Notes under the pieces: generated by a model
Database searches by the model: none
What the model was told of the DNA's origin: nothing
Seen by the model: only the letters and a program-made list of their open reading frames with translations
Translations under genes and position numbers: made by a program
DNA from: Candidatus Fraserbacteria bacterium
GTDB lineage: Bacteria; Bipolaricaulota; Bipolaricaulia; RBG-16-55-9; DRXL01
Direction of reading: 5' to 3'
Assembly (NCBI GenBank): GCA_947085185.1
Contig: CAMTVK010000002.1
Location: forward strand, 181,995 to 245,994
Length of the DNA: 64,000 nt
Shown here: positions 19,270-29,903 of the stretch, piece after piece
Layout: each line of letters begins with the position of its first letter
How positions within the stretch are numbered: the first letter of the stretch is position 1

Positions 19270-19964
19270 CGCATCTCCAATCCGGGGATCTTCAGCTTGT
19301 GCTCGACTATATCTAAGAGCTTCGAGATGACGAGCACACAGACAAGATAGATAAAAGCAATGATGAGAAAGACTTCAAAGTAGCGAAAATTTCGCGAGGC
19401 GATGATCTGCCCTGTGGCCGTCAGCTCTGGCGTCCCAATGATGAACGCCACCGATGAGTACTTCAGCGTGTAAATCAGCTCATTCGACCACGGTGGGATA
19501 ACTATTCGTAATGCCTGCGGCAGGATGACATAGCGAATCGCTTGGAGGTTGGTCATGCCCAGGGAGCGAGCCGCGAGCATCTGCCCCCGACTAATAGACT
19601 GAATCGCCCCGCGAAAATATTCGGCTTGGTAGGCAGCGCTGTTGAGCCCTAGCCCAAGGATCGCCGCGGTGAGCGAATCGAGCCGAATCTCAAAGACCGG
19701 CAGCCCATAATAGATCAGAAAGAGCTGCACCAACACCGGCGTCCCCCGCACAAACTGCACATACGCCGTGCTCACCCCATAGATGAACGCGTTTCCATAG
19801 ACGCGCCCCAACGCGAAGAGAACCCCGCCCACCAGCCCCAGCCCAACGGCCAGCACCGTTAACTGAAAGGTCGTCGCCAGCCCCTGCAGCAATCGAGGGG
19901 CTATGTCGCATGCCAGCCGAAGAAAACTTCCATCAGCAAACGTCTGACAGAACGGCATCATCAT
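19266..19964 (-). CDS. Polar amino acid ABC transporter permease
   Basis: [30 protein letters not shown]. Confidence 0.93.
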   Translation of the reverse strand: MMMPFCQTFADGSFLRLACDIAPRLLQGLATTFQLTVLAVGLGLVGGVLFALGRVYGNAFIYGVSTAYVQFVRGTPVLVQLFLIYYGLPVFEIRLDSLTAAILGLGLNSAAYQAEYFRGAIQSISRGQMLAARSLGMTNLQAIRYVILPQALRIVIPPWSNELIYTLKYSSVAFIIGTPELTATGQIIASRNFRYFEVFLIIAFIYLVCVLVISKLLDIVEHKLKIPGLEMR

Positions 19965-20725
19965 GAGCTCCCATACAGCTCACTGATCTTGCCCAAGAAC
20001 TGCTTTGTGCGCGGCTGTTGGGGATTGAGAAAGACTTGCTCCGGCGGCCCTTGCTCGACGATCACGCCCTTCTCCATAAAAATCACTTCGTCGCAGACCG
20101 AGCGAGCAAACCCCATCTCGTGCGTGACGACCACCATCGTCATGCCCTCTTCGGCTAGGTCTTGCATCACTTGTAAAACTTCGCCGATGAGCTCTGGGTC
20201 GAGGGCGCTGGTCGGCTCATCAAAGAGCATCAATTTGGGTTCCATCGCCAAGGCCCGTGCGATGGAGACCCGCTGTTGTTGCCCCCCAGAGAGCTGTGCC
20301 GGGTAGGCGTGAGCTTTTTCAGCCAAGCCGACGCGCGCCAGCTCGTGCATCGCTCGATCTGTCGCTTCTTGCTTGGAGAGCCCTTTCACTTTCATCAGCC
20401 CCAAACGTACGTTATCTAACGCCGTCAGGTGCGCAAAGAGATTGAAGTCTTGGAAGACAAACCCGATCTGTTGCCGAATTCTGTTGATATCTGTCTGAGG
20501 GCTCGTGATCTCTATATTTTCTAACCAGATGCGCCCGCGATCGGGCTCAGTCAGTCTATTGATACAGCGCAGAAGCGTGCTCTTGCCTGTCCCCGACGGC
20601 CCAATAATTGCTAGCGCCTCCCCATAGCGCACGGTGAACGAGACCCCTTTTAAGACTTCTTCGTTTCCGTAGCGCTTGTGCAGGTCTTCCACACGAACGA
20701 CGATCGGCTCACAGGACACGGCCAT
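19961..20725 (-). CDS. Polar amino acid ABC transporter ATPase
   Basis: [27 protein letters not shown]. Confidence 0.95.
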   Translation of the reverse strand: MAVSCEPIVVRVEDLHKRYGNEEVLKGVSFTVRYGEALAIIGPSGTGKSTLLRCINRLTEPDRGRIWLENIEITSPQTDINRIRQQIGFVFQDFNLFAHLTALDNVRLGLMKVKGLSKQEATDRAMHELARVGLAEKAHAYPAQLSGGQQQRVSIARALAMEPKLMLFDEPTSALDPELIGEVLQVMQDLAEEGMTMVVVTHEMGFARSVCDEVIFMEKGVIVEQGPPEQVFLNPQQPRTKQFLGKISELYGSS

Positions 20726-21419
20726 GCTCCTCCCGACGCTGCCCCGTCAAGCCGGGCACTCCCCAGCGGCGCTCACCCCATTCTAACAGCCACGTGCCCA
20801 GATACGTTAACACTAAGTAGATCAGAGCTACGGTGATGAAGACGAGGAAGACTTCGCGAGTGCGCTGCATGATCTGCCACCCTTGCCGCGTGAGCTCTGT
20901 CACCCCGATAGCGAAGACGAACGACGTATCTTTGAGCACTCCCGAGTATTCATTGGACCATCCGGGGATAGCCAAGCGCAATGCCTGGGGGAGCACAATA
21001 TAGCGAAGGGCTTGGAGGCGCGTCATCCCCAACGCCCGCGCGGCCAGAAGCTGCCCCGGCTTGATCGCCTGGATCGCCCCACGAAAGATCTGCGACTGAT
21101 AAGCCGAAGAGTGCACGCCAAAGACGAGCACAGCTACAGCAAAAGCCGGCCAACGCAGCCAGTCCCATTGATACGCATTTGCCAGAAACGCCAGCCCATA
21201 GTTGACCACGATCAGCAGGATCAAGATGGGCATCGCCCGAAAGAACCGTTCATAGCCAGAACAGATATAAACAAGCGGGCGCGGGCCGTAGACCTGCCCC
21301 AGCGCGACCAGAACCCCCAACACCAATCCCACGGCTAAGAGACTGACTGTCAGCTCAAGGGTGACCAGGGTGCCAGCAAGCAACAGACGCCACGTATCCC
21401 AATTGAGGATGACCGACAC
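20709..21419 (-). CDS. Polar amino acid ABC transporter permease
   Basis: [27 protein letters not shown]. Confidence 0.92.
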   Translation of the reverse strand: MSVILNWDTWRLLLAGTLVTLELTVSLLAVGLVLGVLVALGQVYGPRPLVYICSGYERFFRAMPILILLIVVNYGLAFLANAYQWDWLRWPAFAVAVLVFGVHSSAYQSQIFRGAIQAIKPGQLLAARALGMTRLQALRYIVLPQALRLAIPGWSNEYSGVLKDTSFVFAIGVTELTRQGWQIMQRTREVFLVFITVALIYLVLTYLGTWLLEWGERRWGVPGLTGQRREEHGRVL

Positions 21420-21432
21420 GACTCCCTCACAA

Positions 21433-21478
21433 AGAGCACGAGGGTGCGCCCGATGGAGCGCACCCCCGCGTCACTCTA
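21433..21478 (-). terminator. Intercistronic hairpin after the substrate-binding protein gene
   Basis: GGGTGCGC/GCGCACCC stem with imperfect extension, followed by TCTTTGT on the minus strand. Confidence 0.5.
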
Positions 21479-21492
21479 CGAGCCCATGGAGA

Positions 21493-22386
21493 CTACGGCT
21501 TCTTATAAGGCTCCCCAGCCATGCATGCTGCCATGTTCTCGGCATAGGCCTCCGGCTGGTTCTTGTCAAGATATCCCTTCAGGTCCGCCCAACACTGCGT
21601 GACCCGCTCTAAGTTCACATCCACACCGAAGTAGGCCTCGACTAAGTTATTCCAGATGCCCTTCTTCTTCATCTCCTTCATGCCGTCGTTGATCTTGGGG
21701 AGGAGCTTGTTAGGATCGCCCTTGCGCACGAGAAATCCAAATTGCTCCTCGGTGATGATGATCCCCGCGATCTTGAGCACGCCCTTAGAAGCCTTGACGG
21801 CGACCTTGGCCGCAGGCTCGTCCTCAACGACCGCGTGAATCTGTTTATTAATCAAATCTTGCTCGGCCAAGGGATACGTCTCATAGAGCTTGAGCTCGAC
21901 CTTGATCCCCTGTTTGATGATGTTATCTTCGACCCACTGGGCCCCGGTGGTGCCGCGCTGCGCCCCGATCTTGTTGCCCGCTTTGAACGCCGTGATGATA
22001 TTAAGCCCAGAGTCAGCGCGGATGAGCACGGACTGATTGGACTCCCAATACGGGTCGGAGAAATCTACGACCTGAGCGCGCTCTTTGGTAATCGTGAACC
22101 CTGAGGCACCGATGTCGCACTGGCCCGCCTGGACTGCCGGGATGATCGAATCGAAGCTGAGATTCTGAATGGTGATCTTATAGCCCTTCAGGATCGCGAT
22201 GATGCGCATCACATCGAGATCGAACCCGACGAACTCCCCCTTGGCGTCCGTCCATTCAAACGGCGGCCAGGAGATGTCCGAGCAGACCTTGAAGACTTGG
22301 GTCTGCGCCTGCGGAACAAGCCCTCCAATCCCCAACGCCAACACCAACACGCCGACGACCACCAACCATCTGACGATCGCTCGCAT
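21493..22386 (-). CDS. Amino acid ABC transporter substrate-binding protein (family 3)
   Basis: Signal peptide, WPPFE, GFDLD, TITKER..VDFSDPY; AGGAGG RBS. Confidence 0.93.
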   Translation of the reverse strand: MRAIVRWLVVVGVLVLALGIGGLVPQAQTQVFKVCSDISWPPFEWTDAKGEFVGFDLDVMRIIAILKGYKITIQNLSFDSIIPAVQAGQCDIGASGFTITKERAQVVDFSDPYWESNQSVLIRADSGLNIITAFKAGNKIGAQRGTTGAQWVEDNIIKQGIKVELKLYETYPLAEQDLINKQIHAVVEDEPAAKVAVKASKGVLKIAGIIITEEQFGFLVRKGDPNKLLPKINDGMKEMKKKGIWNNLVEAYFGVDVNLERVTQCWADLKGYLDKNQPEAYAENMAACMAGEPYKKP

Positions 22387-22411
22387 AGCATACGCCTCCT
22401 TTTCAGAGCTG

Positions 22412-22475
22412 ATTATACTCATGGAGATTGCTGGAGTCAATACTCCTTGACGCCCTTGGTCTCATTGGGTATGAT
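22412..22475. promoter_or_regulatory. Back-to-back divergent sigma70 promoters
   Basis: Minus: TTGACT(22440)-17-TATAAT(22417); plus: TTGACG(22447)-17-TATGAT(22470). Confidence 0.8.
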
Positions 22476-22507
22476 ACTCACTACGACGACCGGAAGGAGA
22501 GAAGACT

Positions 22508-23299
22508 ATGCGCTTCAGATTTGCGCTTGTTTTATCTCTTGTGCTTGGCGGGCTGGCGCTTGTGGGCGCGGCGCAGCACCAACTTCAGACGGGCACCTGC
22601 GAGCAGATCTCCACAGAGTTTGGGATCGCTATTATTTCGGAGAACACACGGGATTTCGACAGCGTCGAATGCGCGACGCTCTATGCGATCTTGCGCTCGT
22701 TGCCAGATCGTCTGAGCCGCGCCCTGACCACCATCAAGCGTCTCCCCAGAGACCCTCATGCCGCCGGGCGCGCCTACGGCTCGACCATCGAGCTCTACGA
22801 CGGCCTCAACTGTGATACTATCCCAAACTGCAAAGATTTCATGGTCGTGGTCTTCCACGAGATCGCGCATGTCGTGCACTTTCGCGTGTTTACGCCCCAG
22901 CAAGTCCAAGCGTATCGGCAGCTCTACAGGCGATCTGGGTCCGATCCGGGGAATTTTATCGGCCCATTGCTTCGTGGGCGGCGCTACGCCACCACCAACG
23001 AATATGAAGACTTCGCTGAACTCTTTGCAGCGTATACTGAAGATAGCACTCGCGTCGTCAACTTCGTGCGCGACCGCCTCTCCAAGAACGAGACGATTCT
23101 CTTTGAAAAGCTCAAAATTCTCTTCGATGTGCTGATGGGGCAGAGCCAACCCCCATCTGTTTTCGTCTATCGCAGCGAGGTCTGGGACGGCGCGATGCCC
23201 GATGGGAGCTTCCGTGGGGTGGTGCGCCGCGCGCTGCTGCCCCGCGACGTCCAGGGGCTGCCGAGTATCCCCAGCGAGCCCGATTGGGAAGATTTTTAA
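22508..23299 (+). CDS. Secreted zincin-like metallopeptidase
   Basis: Signal peptide, FHEIAH (HExxH), YATTNEYEDFAE. Confidence 0.65.
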   Translation: MRFRFALVLSLVLGGLALVGAAQHQLQTGTCEQISTEFGIAIISENTRDFDSVECATLYAILRSLPDRLSRALTTIKRLPRDPHAAGRAYGSTIELYDGLNCDTIPNCKDFMVVVFHEIAHVVHFRVFTPQQVQAYRQLYRRSGSDPGNFIGPLLRGRRYATTNEYEDFAELFAAYTEDSTRVVNFVRDRLSKNETILFEKLKILFDVLMGQSQPPSVFVYRSEVWDGAMPDGSFRGVVRRALLPRDVQGLPSIPSEPDWEDF

Positions 23300-23389
23300 C
23301 GGAGATAGCTCATAATTCCCTTGCCCACACCCACAAACGCCAGCGCCACTACGGTGGAAACGCACACCAAGCAAAGGAGTGAAGTTTTT

Positions 23390-26074
23390 ATGAAGATTTC
23401 TGAGGCTGCGCGCCAAAGCTTCTCATATGATGGCGGCCAAGTCGTGCTCTATCGGCTTGACTTGATAGAGAGACTGGGGATTGGGAGGATCTCCCGGCTG
23501 CCCTTCTCACTGAAAGTCTTGCTCGAGTCTCTCTTGAGAAACTGCGACGGGCGCGTCATCACCGAGGAAGACGTGACGGCGCTGGCCCAATGGAATCCCA
23601 AGACTGGACGAGAGATCCCATTCACGCCCGCGCGGGTGCTGCTCCAAGATTTCACGGGGGTTCCAACTCTCGTTGATCTTGCGGCGATGCGCTCGGCGGT
23701 GAAGCGCCTGGGGGGAGACCCCAAAAAGATCAATCCCCTCGTCCCTGTGGACTTAGTGATCGATCACTCTGTGCAAGTAGATGACTTTGGATCGCGGCTG
23801 GCGCTGCAGCGCAATGCCCAGATCGAGTTTGAGAGAAATCGAGAGCGCTATGAGTTTCTCCGGTGGGGCCAGAAAGCATTTGAGAACTTCCGCGTCGTCC
23901 CTCCATCTACGGGGATTGTTCATCAAGTCAATTTAGAATTCTTAGCTCAGGTCGTGATGACGCGTACTCAGAATTCGGAGATCGTCGCGTTCCCTGATAC
24001 GCTTGTGGGCACGGACTCCCATACGACGATGATCAACGGGCTTGGGGTCTTGGGGTGGGGGGTAGGGGGCATCGAAGCCGAAGCGTGTATGCTCGGCCAA
24101 CCCCTCTATATTGTTACTCCCGAAGTGATCGGGTTTAAGCTCACCGGAAGACTGCGCGAGGGCGTCACCGCTACTGATCTTGTGCTGACCGTCACGCAGA
24201 TGCTGCGCAAGAAGGGCGTCGTAGATAAATTCGTCGAGTTCTACGGAGAAGGGCTGTCGCAGCTGGCCCTTCCCGACCGGGCGACGATTGCCAACATGGC
24301 CCCCGAGTATGGAGCGACATGCGGCTTCTTCCCTGTGGACGACGAGACCATACGATATCTGAGACAGACGGGGCGCCCCAAAGAACTCATAGATCTTGTC
24401 GAGCGCTACTGCAAAGAGCAAGGGCTCTTCAGAACAGCCCAGACGCCCGATCCCCTCTTTACCGATACGCTCGAGCTTAGGCTCGAAGACGTCGAGCCCA
24501 GCGTTGCCGGACCCAAGCGCCCCCAAGATCGTATCAGGCTATGGGATGTCAAGCGGGAATTTCGCAGAGCTTTAACAGCGCCCCTCAGGGAGCGCGGCTA
24601 TGAGCTCAGTCCCGATGTGTTAGCGTCTCTCAAAAAGAACGGGCTCACTCACGGCTCTGTAGTCATCGCTGCGATCACGTCGTGCACGAATACGTCCAAT
24701 CCGTCGGTGATGATCGCCGCGGGGCTCTTAGCGAAGAAGGCCGTCGAGCGCGGCCTAAGAGTCCCTGACCATGTGAAGACGAGCTTAGCCCCCGGCTCGA
24801 AAGTCGTCACGGAATACCTACAGAAGTCAGGGCTTTTGAGCTATCTGGAAGAGCTTGGGTTTTATGTGGTGGGCTACGGCTGCACGACATGCATTGGCAA
24901 CAGCGGCCCACTGCCTGAGCCCGTGGCCAAAGAGATCACCGCAAAGAATCTCGTGGCAGCTGCGGTGCTGTCGGGCAACAGAAACTTTGAGGGGCGCATC
25001 CATCCGTTGGTGCGCGCGAACTTCTTAGCATCACCGCCGTTAGTAGTTGCGTATGCGCTCGCGGGCACAGTAGACATAGACTTTTCTTGTGAGCCCATAG
25101 GATGTGACAGAGCCGGAAACCCCGTCTATCTCAAAGAGATCTGGCCCTCCTCGCATGAGGTCCATGAGATCATGGCGCGGTCCATAGACCCAGAGATGTT
25201 CAAGAAGACCTACGCGAACGTCTTCGACGGCAGCCCTCACTGGAACGCGCTGACAGTTCCAGAGGGTGAGCTCTATCGCTTTGATCCCAAGTCGACGTAT
25301 ATTCAAGAGCCCCCGTACTTCAAAGAATTTTCGTGGACGCCCAAGCCCCTGCGCGACATCCTCGGGGCGCGGGTCCTCGTGATGCTAGGGGATTCAGTGA
25401 CGACCGATCACATCTCGCCGGCGGGGGATATTCCCCTCGACAGCCCGGCGGGGAGATATCTGCGCGAGCGAGGCATCGAGAAGAGAGACTTTAACTCGTA
25501 CGGGTCGCGTCGGGGCAACCACGAAGTCATGATGCGCGGGACGTTTGCCAACGTGCGCTTGAAGAATCTCTTAGTCCCCGGAGTCGAGGGCGGCGTGACG
25601 GTGCACTTCCCCAGCGGCGCGAGGATGCCCATCTATGATGCGGCGATGCGCTATCAAGCTGAGCGCGTGCCCTTAGTGGTGCTGGCGGGCAAGGAATACG
25701 GGACGGGCAGCTCTCGGGACTGGGCGGCCAAGGGTCCGGCGCTCTTGGGGGTCAAAGCGATTATAGCTGAGAGCTTTGAGCGCATCCATCGCTCAAACTT
25801 AGTGGGGATGGGCGTGCTGCCGTTGCAGTATCTGGAGGGGCAGAATGCGGAGAAGTTGGGGCTGACGGGGCAGGAGCTCTTTGACATTGTGGGCATCTCT
25901 CAGATTGAGAGGCCCAGACAGGAGCTCATAGTTCGTGTGCGCAAGCCCGACGGGAGCGTGACGGAGTTCGGGGTGAGAGCGCGGCTGGACATGCCCATCG
26001 AGGTCGAGTACTACAAGAACGGCGGGATTTTACAGACGGTGTTGAGGCAGTTGCTCTCGTGGGTAGTGTTATGA
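23390..26074 (+). CDS. acnA: Aconitate hydratase A
   Basis: [43 protein letters not shown]. Confidence 0.97.
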   Translation: MKISEAARQSFSYDGGQVVLYRLDLIERLGIGRISRLPFSLKVLLESLLRNCDGRVITEEDVTALAQWNPKTGREIPFTPARVLLQDFTGVPTLVDLAAMRSAVKRLGGDPKKINPLVPVDLVIDHSVQVDDFGSRLALQRNAQIEFERNRERYEFLRWGQKAFENFRVVPPSTGIVHQVNLEFLAQVVMTRTQNSEIVAFPDTLVGTDSHTTMINGLGVLGWGVGGIEAEACMLGQPLYIVTPEVIGFKLTGRLREGVTATDLVLTVTQMLRKKGVVDKFVEFYGEGLSQLALPDRATIANMAPEYGATCGFFPVDDETIRYLRQTGRPKELIDLVERYCKEQGLFRTAQTPDPLFTDTLELRLEDVEPSVAGPKRPQDRIRLWDVKREFRRALTAPLRERGYELSPDVLASLKKNGLTHGSVVIAAITSCTNTSNPSVMIAAGLLAKKAVERGLRVPDHVKTSLAPGSKVVTEYLQKSGLLSYLEELGFYVVGYGCTTCIGNSGPLPEPVAKEITAKNLVAAAVLSGNRNFEGRIHPLVRANFLASPPLVVAYALAGTVDIDFSCEPIGCDRAGNPVYLKEIWPSSHEVHEIMARSIDPEMFKKTYANVFDGSPHWNALTVPEGELYRFDPKSTYIQEPPYFKEFSWTPKPLRDILGARVLVMLGDSVTTDHISPAGDIPLDSPAGRYLRERGIEKRDFNSYGSRRGNHEVMMRGTFANVRLKNLLVPGVEGGVTVHFPSGARMPIYDAAMRYQAERVPLVVLAGKEYGTGSSRDWAAKGPALLGVKAIIAESFERIHRSNLVGMGVLPLQYLEGQNAEKLGLTGQELFDIVGISQIERPRQELIVRVRKPDGSVTEFGVRARLDMPIEVEYYKNGGILQTVLRQLLSWVVL

Positions 26075-27993
26075 CCAGACCTGTAGAATTTATACCTCCA
26101 GGTAAAATCCGTTGCTACATCACAGGCAAGCTGCGCAATGAAACGCCAGAGGAGCATGTGCGCCAGCGAATCGCCCGTAGCTTGGTAGAAGAGTATGGTT
26201 ATCCCAAGGAAGACCTTGGCATTGATAGACGCGAGACTCGCATCATCATGGGGCGAGCCAAAAAATACGCGGATCTTGTCATCTTCGCCCACGGCAAGGA
26301 ACACAAGCAAGAGAACGCGATTATCATCTGTGAAACTAAGCGCGAGGATGTAAAGCCAACTGACCGAGAAAATGGAGTAGATCAGTTAAAATCGTATCTA
26401 GCTGCCTGCCCTAACGCTCGCTTTGGGCTGTGGGTCGGCTCTGAGCTTCAGGTTTGGGAAAAGGTTGTCGAAGCTGGGGAAGTACAATTTGCAGAAGCAG
26501 CTGATTTGCCCGCTTTTGGTGCTAAAGAATCACCACGACTGACTTTCAAAGAACTTATCCCCGCGCATGAGGGGTTGCGTGATATTTTCAAACGCTGCCA
26601 TAACTACATCTATGGCAACCAGGGCCTCCCTAAGGATCAGGCTTTTCATGAACTGCTTAAGCTCATCTTCTGTAAAGTTCATGATGAGCGGGAAACGACC
26701 AAAGAGCTGCGTTTTTCGATCACCAACGAGGAGCGCCGCTCAACCTTAGGCCAACGACGGCTCCGAGAGCGGATAAACGAGCTATTTGAGGAGGTCAAGC
26801 AAAAATACCCTTATATCTTCCCCAAAGATGAGCAAGTTCGCCTGGACAACCGTGTGCTTGCCTACATCGTCAGCGAGCTCCAGAAATATTCGCTGCTCCA
26901 AACGGATGCAGATGTGAAAGGTGCTGCTTACGAGGAAATTGTTGGGGCCAACTTGCGAGGAGACCGGGGCGAGTTCTTCACGCCTCGTAACGTCTGCCGT
27001 ATGGCCGTAGAAATGGTCTTTGCTACTTACCCCAAAGAACGCTGGCTGCGACTGAAAATTCTCGATCCGGCTTGTGGTACTGGTGGATTCCTCATTGCTA
27101 CGATGAACTTGCTTAAAGGAGTCCTGTTAGAACAGGAGCAAAGTCGATGGGGCATGGAGCGAGGTCGTATCGAAGCCGAGCGCCGATTAAAAGAGATCTG
27201 CGACTCAAATCTCTTTGGCATCGACCTTAACCCCATGCTGGTTCGAGCCGCGCAGATGAATCTGGTCATGCATGGAGACGGGTCTTCTAATGTCTTCCAG
27301 ACCAACTCTTTGCTGCCGTCTGGTGAATGGCCTAACGAACGGCCCAATAATGTGAGAGACAAAATTCAGCTTGGCTCATTTGACATCGTGTTTACAAATC
27401 CTCCCTTTGGCTCGCGCATTCCGATTGATGATCCTCATGTGCTTGATCAATTTGAGCTGGCACGCTGTGAAGCAGCGCAGCCCCGCTCGTCGATGCCACC
27501 AGAGCAGCTTTTCATCGAGCGCTGCTGGCAGTTCCTTAAGCCTGGTGGGCGTCTGGCGATTGTCTTGCCTGACAGCATTTTGAGCAACCCTGGCTTAGCT
27601 TTCATCCGTCGCTGGGCCTTCAAGCGTTCTCGAATCATCGCCAGCATTGACTTGCCTCAAGCGACCTTCGAGCCCTTCACCGGGACGAAGACGAGCATTT
27701 TGATCCTGCAAAAGAAGAGTGAGCAGCAAATGAAGCTGGAAGAAGCCAGCGGACAGATTGAAGATTACGAGATCTTCATGACCATCCCTGAAGCGGTTGG
27801 GCATGACCGCCGAGGTCAGCCCGTTTATCTGCGCACACCTGAAGGCGAGATCATCTGGCAAGAAGAAACTGTGGCTGTTGTCACCCGTGAACCTGTGGGG
27901 CTAACGCTTTTAGAGCCAAAGAAGGAGCTACGGCCAGTCATTGACGACGACCTAACCGAGGGTGGCGGAGCTTTTCAAGCGTTGGGTGCGTGA
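26071..27993 (+). CDS. Restriction nuclease (HSDR_N-like) fused to N6-adenine DNA methyltransferase
   Basis: [44 protein letters not shown]; probable +1 frameshift near 27961. Confidence 0.88.
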   Translation: MTRPVEFIPPGKIRCYITGKLRNETPEEHVRQRIARSLVEEYGYPKEDLGIDRRETRIIMGRAKKYADLVIFAHGKEHKQENAIIICETKREDVKPTDRENGVDQLKSYLAACPNARFGLWVGSELQVWEKVVEAGEVQFAEAADLPAFGAKESPRLTFKELIPAHEGLRDIFKRCHNYIYGNQGLPKDQAFHELLKLIFCKVHDERETTKELRFSITNEERRSTLGQRRLRERINELFEEVKQKYPYIFPKDEQVRLDNRVLAYIVSELQKYSLLQTDADVKGAAYEEIVGANLRGDRGEFFTPRNVCRMAVEMVFATYPKERWLRLKILDPACGTGGFLIATMNLLKGVLLEQEQSRWGMERGRIEAERRLKEICDSNLFGIDLNPMLVRAAQMNLVMHGDGSSNVFQTNSLLPSGEWPNERPNNVRDKIQLGSFDIVFTNPPFGSRIPIDDPHVLDQFELARCEAAQPRSSMPPEQLFIERCWQFLKPGGRLAIVLPDSILSNPGLAFIRRWAFKRSRIIASIDLPQATFEPFTGTKTSILILQKKSEQQMKLEEASGQIEDYEIFMTIPEAVGHDRRGQPVYLRTPEGEIIWQEETVAVVTREPVGLTLLEPKKELRPVIDDDLTEGGGAFQALGA

Positions 27994-28016
27994 GCGAAAC
28001 CTGCTGGAGTGGTTCA

Positions 28017-29456
28017 ATGCTGACTGAGGCACCTTCGCTACTTGATGAGCTTACAGAACGCAAAGTTCAGCACTTCACCGTCGGCTCCCGTTGGGTACAC
28101 AAAGACGAGTTCCGCTTAGACGTTAGCTTTTATGCCGATGAAGCCTTTGCCGCTAGGCGGATCATTGCCGACAGCCATTTCGAGGTTAAGCCTTTAGGCT
28201 CTCTGGCCAGTGAAATTTTCAACCTGTCGCGGTTCAAGCGCATTTACACATTCGATCTAAGACAAGGATGGCCCTATCTGAGCGCCTCCGATGTGCTTCT
28301 GTTTCGTCCACGAGCGGAGCGCTGGATTGCTCGTTCTCAAGCGCCTTACCAAGCTTATCGTCACTTTGTCAAAGAGGGATATATCTTGGTTTCATGCTCC
28401 GGTTCCGTCGGGCGCTGCGTGCTGACAACGAAACGCTTAGAGCCATATTTTCTCACCCATGACTTAATTCGAATCGTACTCCAGATCCGTAGTGGCTATC
28501 TTTACGCCTTCCTATCATCATGGCTTGGACAGGCGCTCTTGCAAAAAGACCAATACGGCTCTACTGTTCAACACTTAGAGCCCCAGCACGTCGAGTCTAT
28601 CCCCGTTCCACTCTTACCCGAAGAAGAACAACAGTGGATTCATGAACGGGTGATGGAAGCTTATAAACTGCGGGATGAGGCGAATGATTTGCTGGACAAA
28701 GCTGAAGAACTCCTTTACAGCGAGCTGGGCCTGCCACGTTTTGATGAGAGCAAAGCTCTCTATCTTGGGGGCTCAAAGCCTAAGGCATTCACCGTGCGTG
28801 CTTCAGAGCTAGGGGGACGCTTTGATGCTTCTTTCCATGTGCCAATTGCAAAGGCAGCCATCGAGCAAATGAAGCAAGGCAAATATCCGGTTGTACGTTT
28901 AGGCGATGTAGCTGACCGCATTTTTATTCCGCCCCGTTTTAAGAGAATTTATGTGGCCCCAGAACATGGCGTGCCCTTCCTGCAAAGTTCTCACATTCCG
29001 ATGATCAAGCCGTTTGATCTAAAGTTCATTTCACAGCGAGCGAACGAAAAGCAAATTAAGGAGTGCCTTATTCATAAGAGCTGGCTTTTAATCACTCGTT
29101 CAGGCACCGTCGGACGAGTGATGCTTACACCGCAGGCTTTAGATGGTTGGGCTGCCTCAGAGCATTGCCTTCGTCTTATTGCCAATCCGCAAAAGAGCCA
29201 CCCAGGTTACTTGGCTGCTTTTTTGATGACACCTTATGGACAACATCAATTGACAAGCAAAATTTATGGTGGGGTTGTGGATGAGCTCACTGAAGACGAT
29301 ACAGCTCATGTTCTTCTTCCCAACGCGCCTCTTGCAGTTCAAGAGAAAATTGGAGCTTTCGTGGTTGAAGCCTTTGAGAAGAAGGAGCAAGCGAATGCAA
29401 TTGAACAAGAGGCAATTGTACGGCTGGAGAATATACTAGAAGGTGGGCAACGATAA
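28017..29456 (+). CDS. Restriction-modification specificity (S) subunit
   Basis: Two repeated halves (FKRIY..SGSVGR / FKRIY..SGTVGR) with helical spacers; GGAG RBS before ATG 28017. Confidence 0.85.
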   Translation: MLTEAPSLLDELTERKVQHFTVGSRWVHKDEFRLDVSFYADEAFAARRIIADSHFEVKPLGSLASEIFNLSRFKRIYTFDLRQGWPYLSASDVLLFRPRAERWIARSQAPYQAYRHFVKEGYILVSCSGSVGRCVLTTKRLEPYFLTHDLIRIVLQIRSGYLYAFLSSWLGQALLQKDQYGSTVQHLEPQHVESIPVPLLPEEEQQWIHERVMEAYKLRDEANDLLDKAEELLYSELGLPRFDESKALYLGGSKPKAFTVRASELGGRFDASFHVPIAKAAIEQMKQGKYPVVRLGDVADRIFIPPRFKRIYVAPEHGVPFLQSSHIPMIKPFDLKFISQRANEKQIKECLIHKSWLLITRSGTVGRVMLTPQALDGWAASEHCLRLIANPQKSHPGYLAAFLMTPYGQHQLTSKIYGGVVDELTEDDTAHVLLPNAPLAVQEKIGAFVVEAFEKKEQANAIEQEAIVRLENILEGGQR

Positions 29457-29847
29457 CATTATGGCATCATGGAAAACTCAACGACGAAAGGTACGACAGC
29501 GCGATGGTAACCAATGCCAGATTTGCGGTGACACACCTGATTCACCTTACACTCAGTTGCATGTTCATCATATCATTCCCCGTGTTGATGGAGGTACAGA
29601 TGAGTTAGATAATCTTGTGACCCTCTGTGACCTATGTCATGCCATCTGCCATTGGCACATGGGACCAGCGTGGTGCGGCTTGCCCAAATTATCGCTTGAG
29701 CAGAAGGAAAAGGCAAGAACCACGCTCACGCAGGCACGACAGGAGTTTAACGAGTTCCTGATGCTCCCCTGGCCCAAGCGGCACGCGATTCAAGAAAAGA
29801 TTTGGGCAAAGTGGGGTGTAGCACGTCAGACAGGAAGCAGGATGTAA
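29443..29847 (+). CDS. HNH endonuclease
   Basis: RDGNQCQICG, LHVHHIIP..GG..NLVTLCDLCH. Confidence 0.88.
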   Translation: MGNDNIMASWKTQRRKVRQRDGNQCQICGDTPDSPYTQLHVHHIIPRVDGGTDELDNLVTLCDLCHAICHWHMGPAWCGLPKLSLEQKEKARTTLTQARQEFNEFLMLPWPKRHAIQEKIWAKWGVARQTGSRM

Positions 29848-29858
29848 TGTAGAAGTGA

Positions 29859-29903
29859 GCTGGTGCGGGCGCGGCTGGAGAAGGCGAGGAGCGTGTAACG
29901 ATG
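29859..29903 (+). repeat. 45-bp direct repeat copy 1 (stop + RBS + ATG unit)
   Basis: GCTGGTGCGGGCGCGGCTGGAGAAGGCGAGGAGCGTGTAACGATG, identical to 31768-31812. Confidence 0.95.

Noticed and set aside
22532..23416. 294-aa antisense ORF
   Set aside because: Opposite the zincin gene, which has the promoter, RBS and motifs
24062..24080. GTAGGGGGC in acnA (and GTAGGGC at ~50529 in hydG) as REPs
   Set aside because: No complementary arm; they encode conserved Gly-rich motifs
26071..29456. Classical Type I RM system
   Set aside because: No helicase-containing HsdR; the nuclease domain is fused to the methylase
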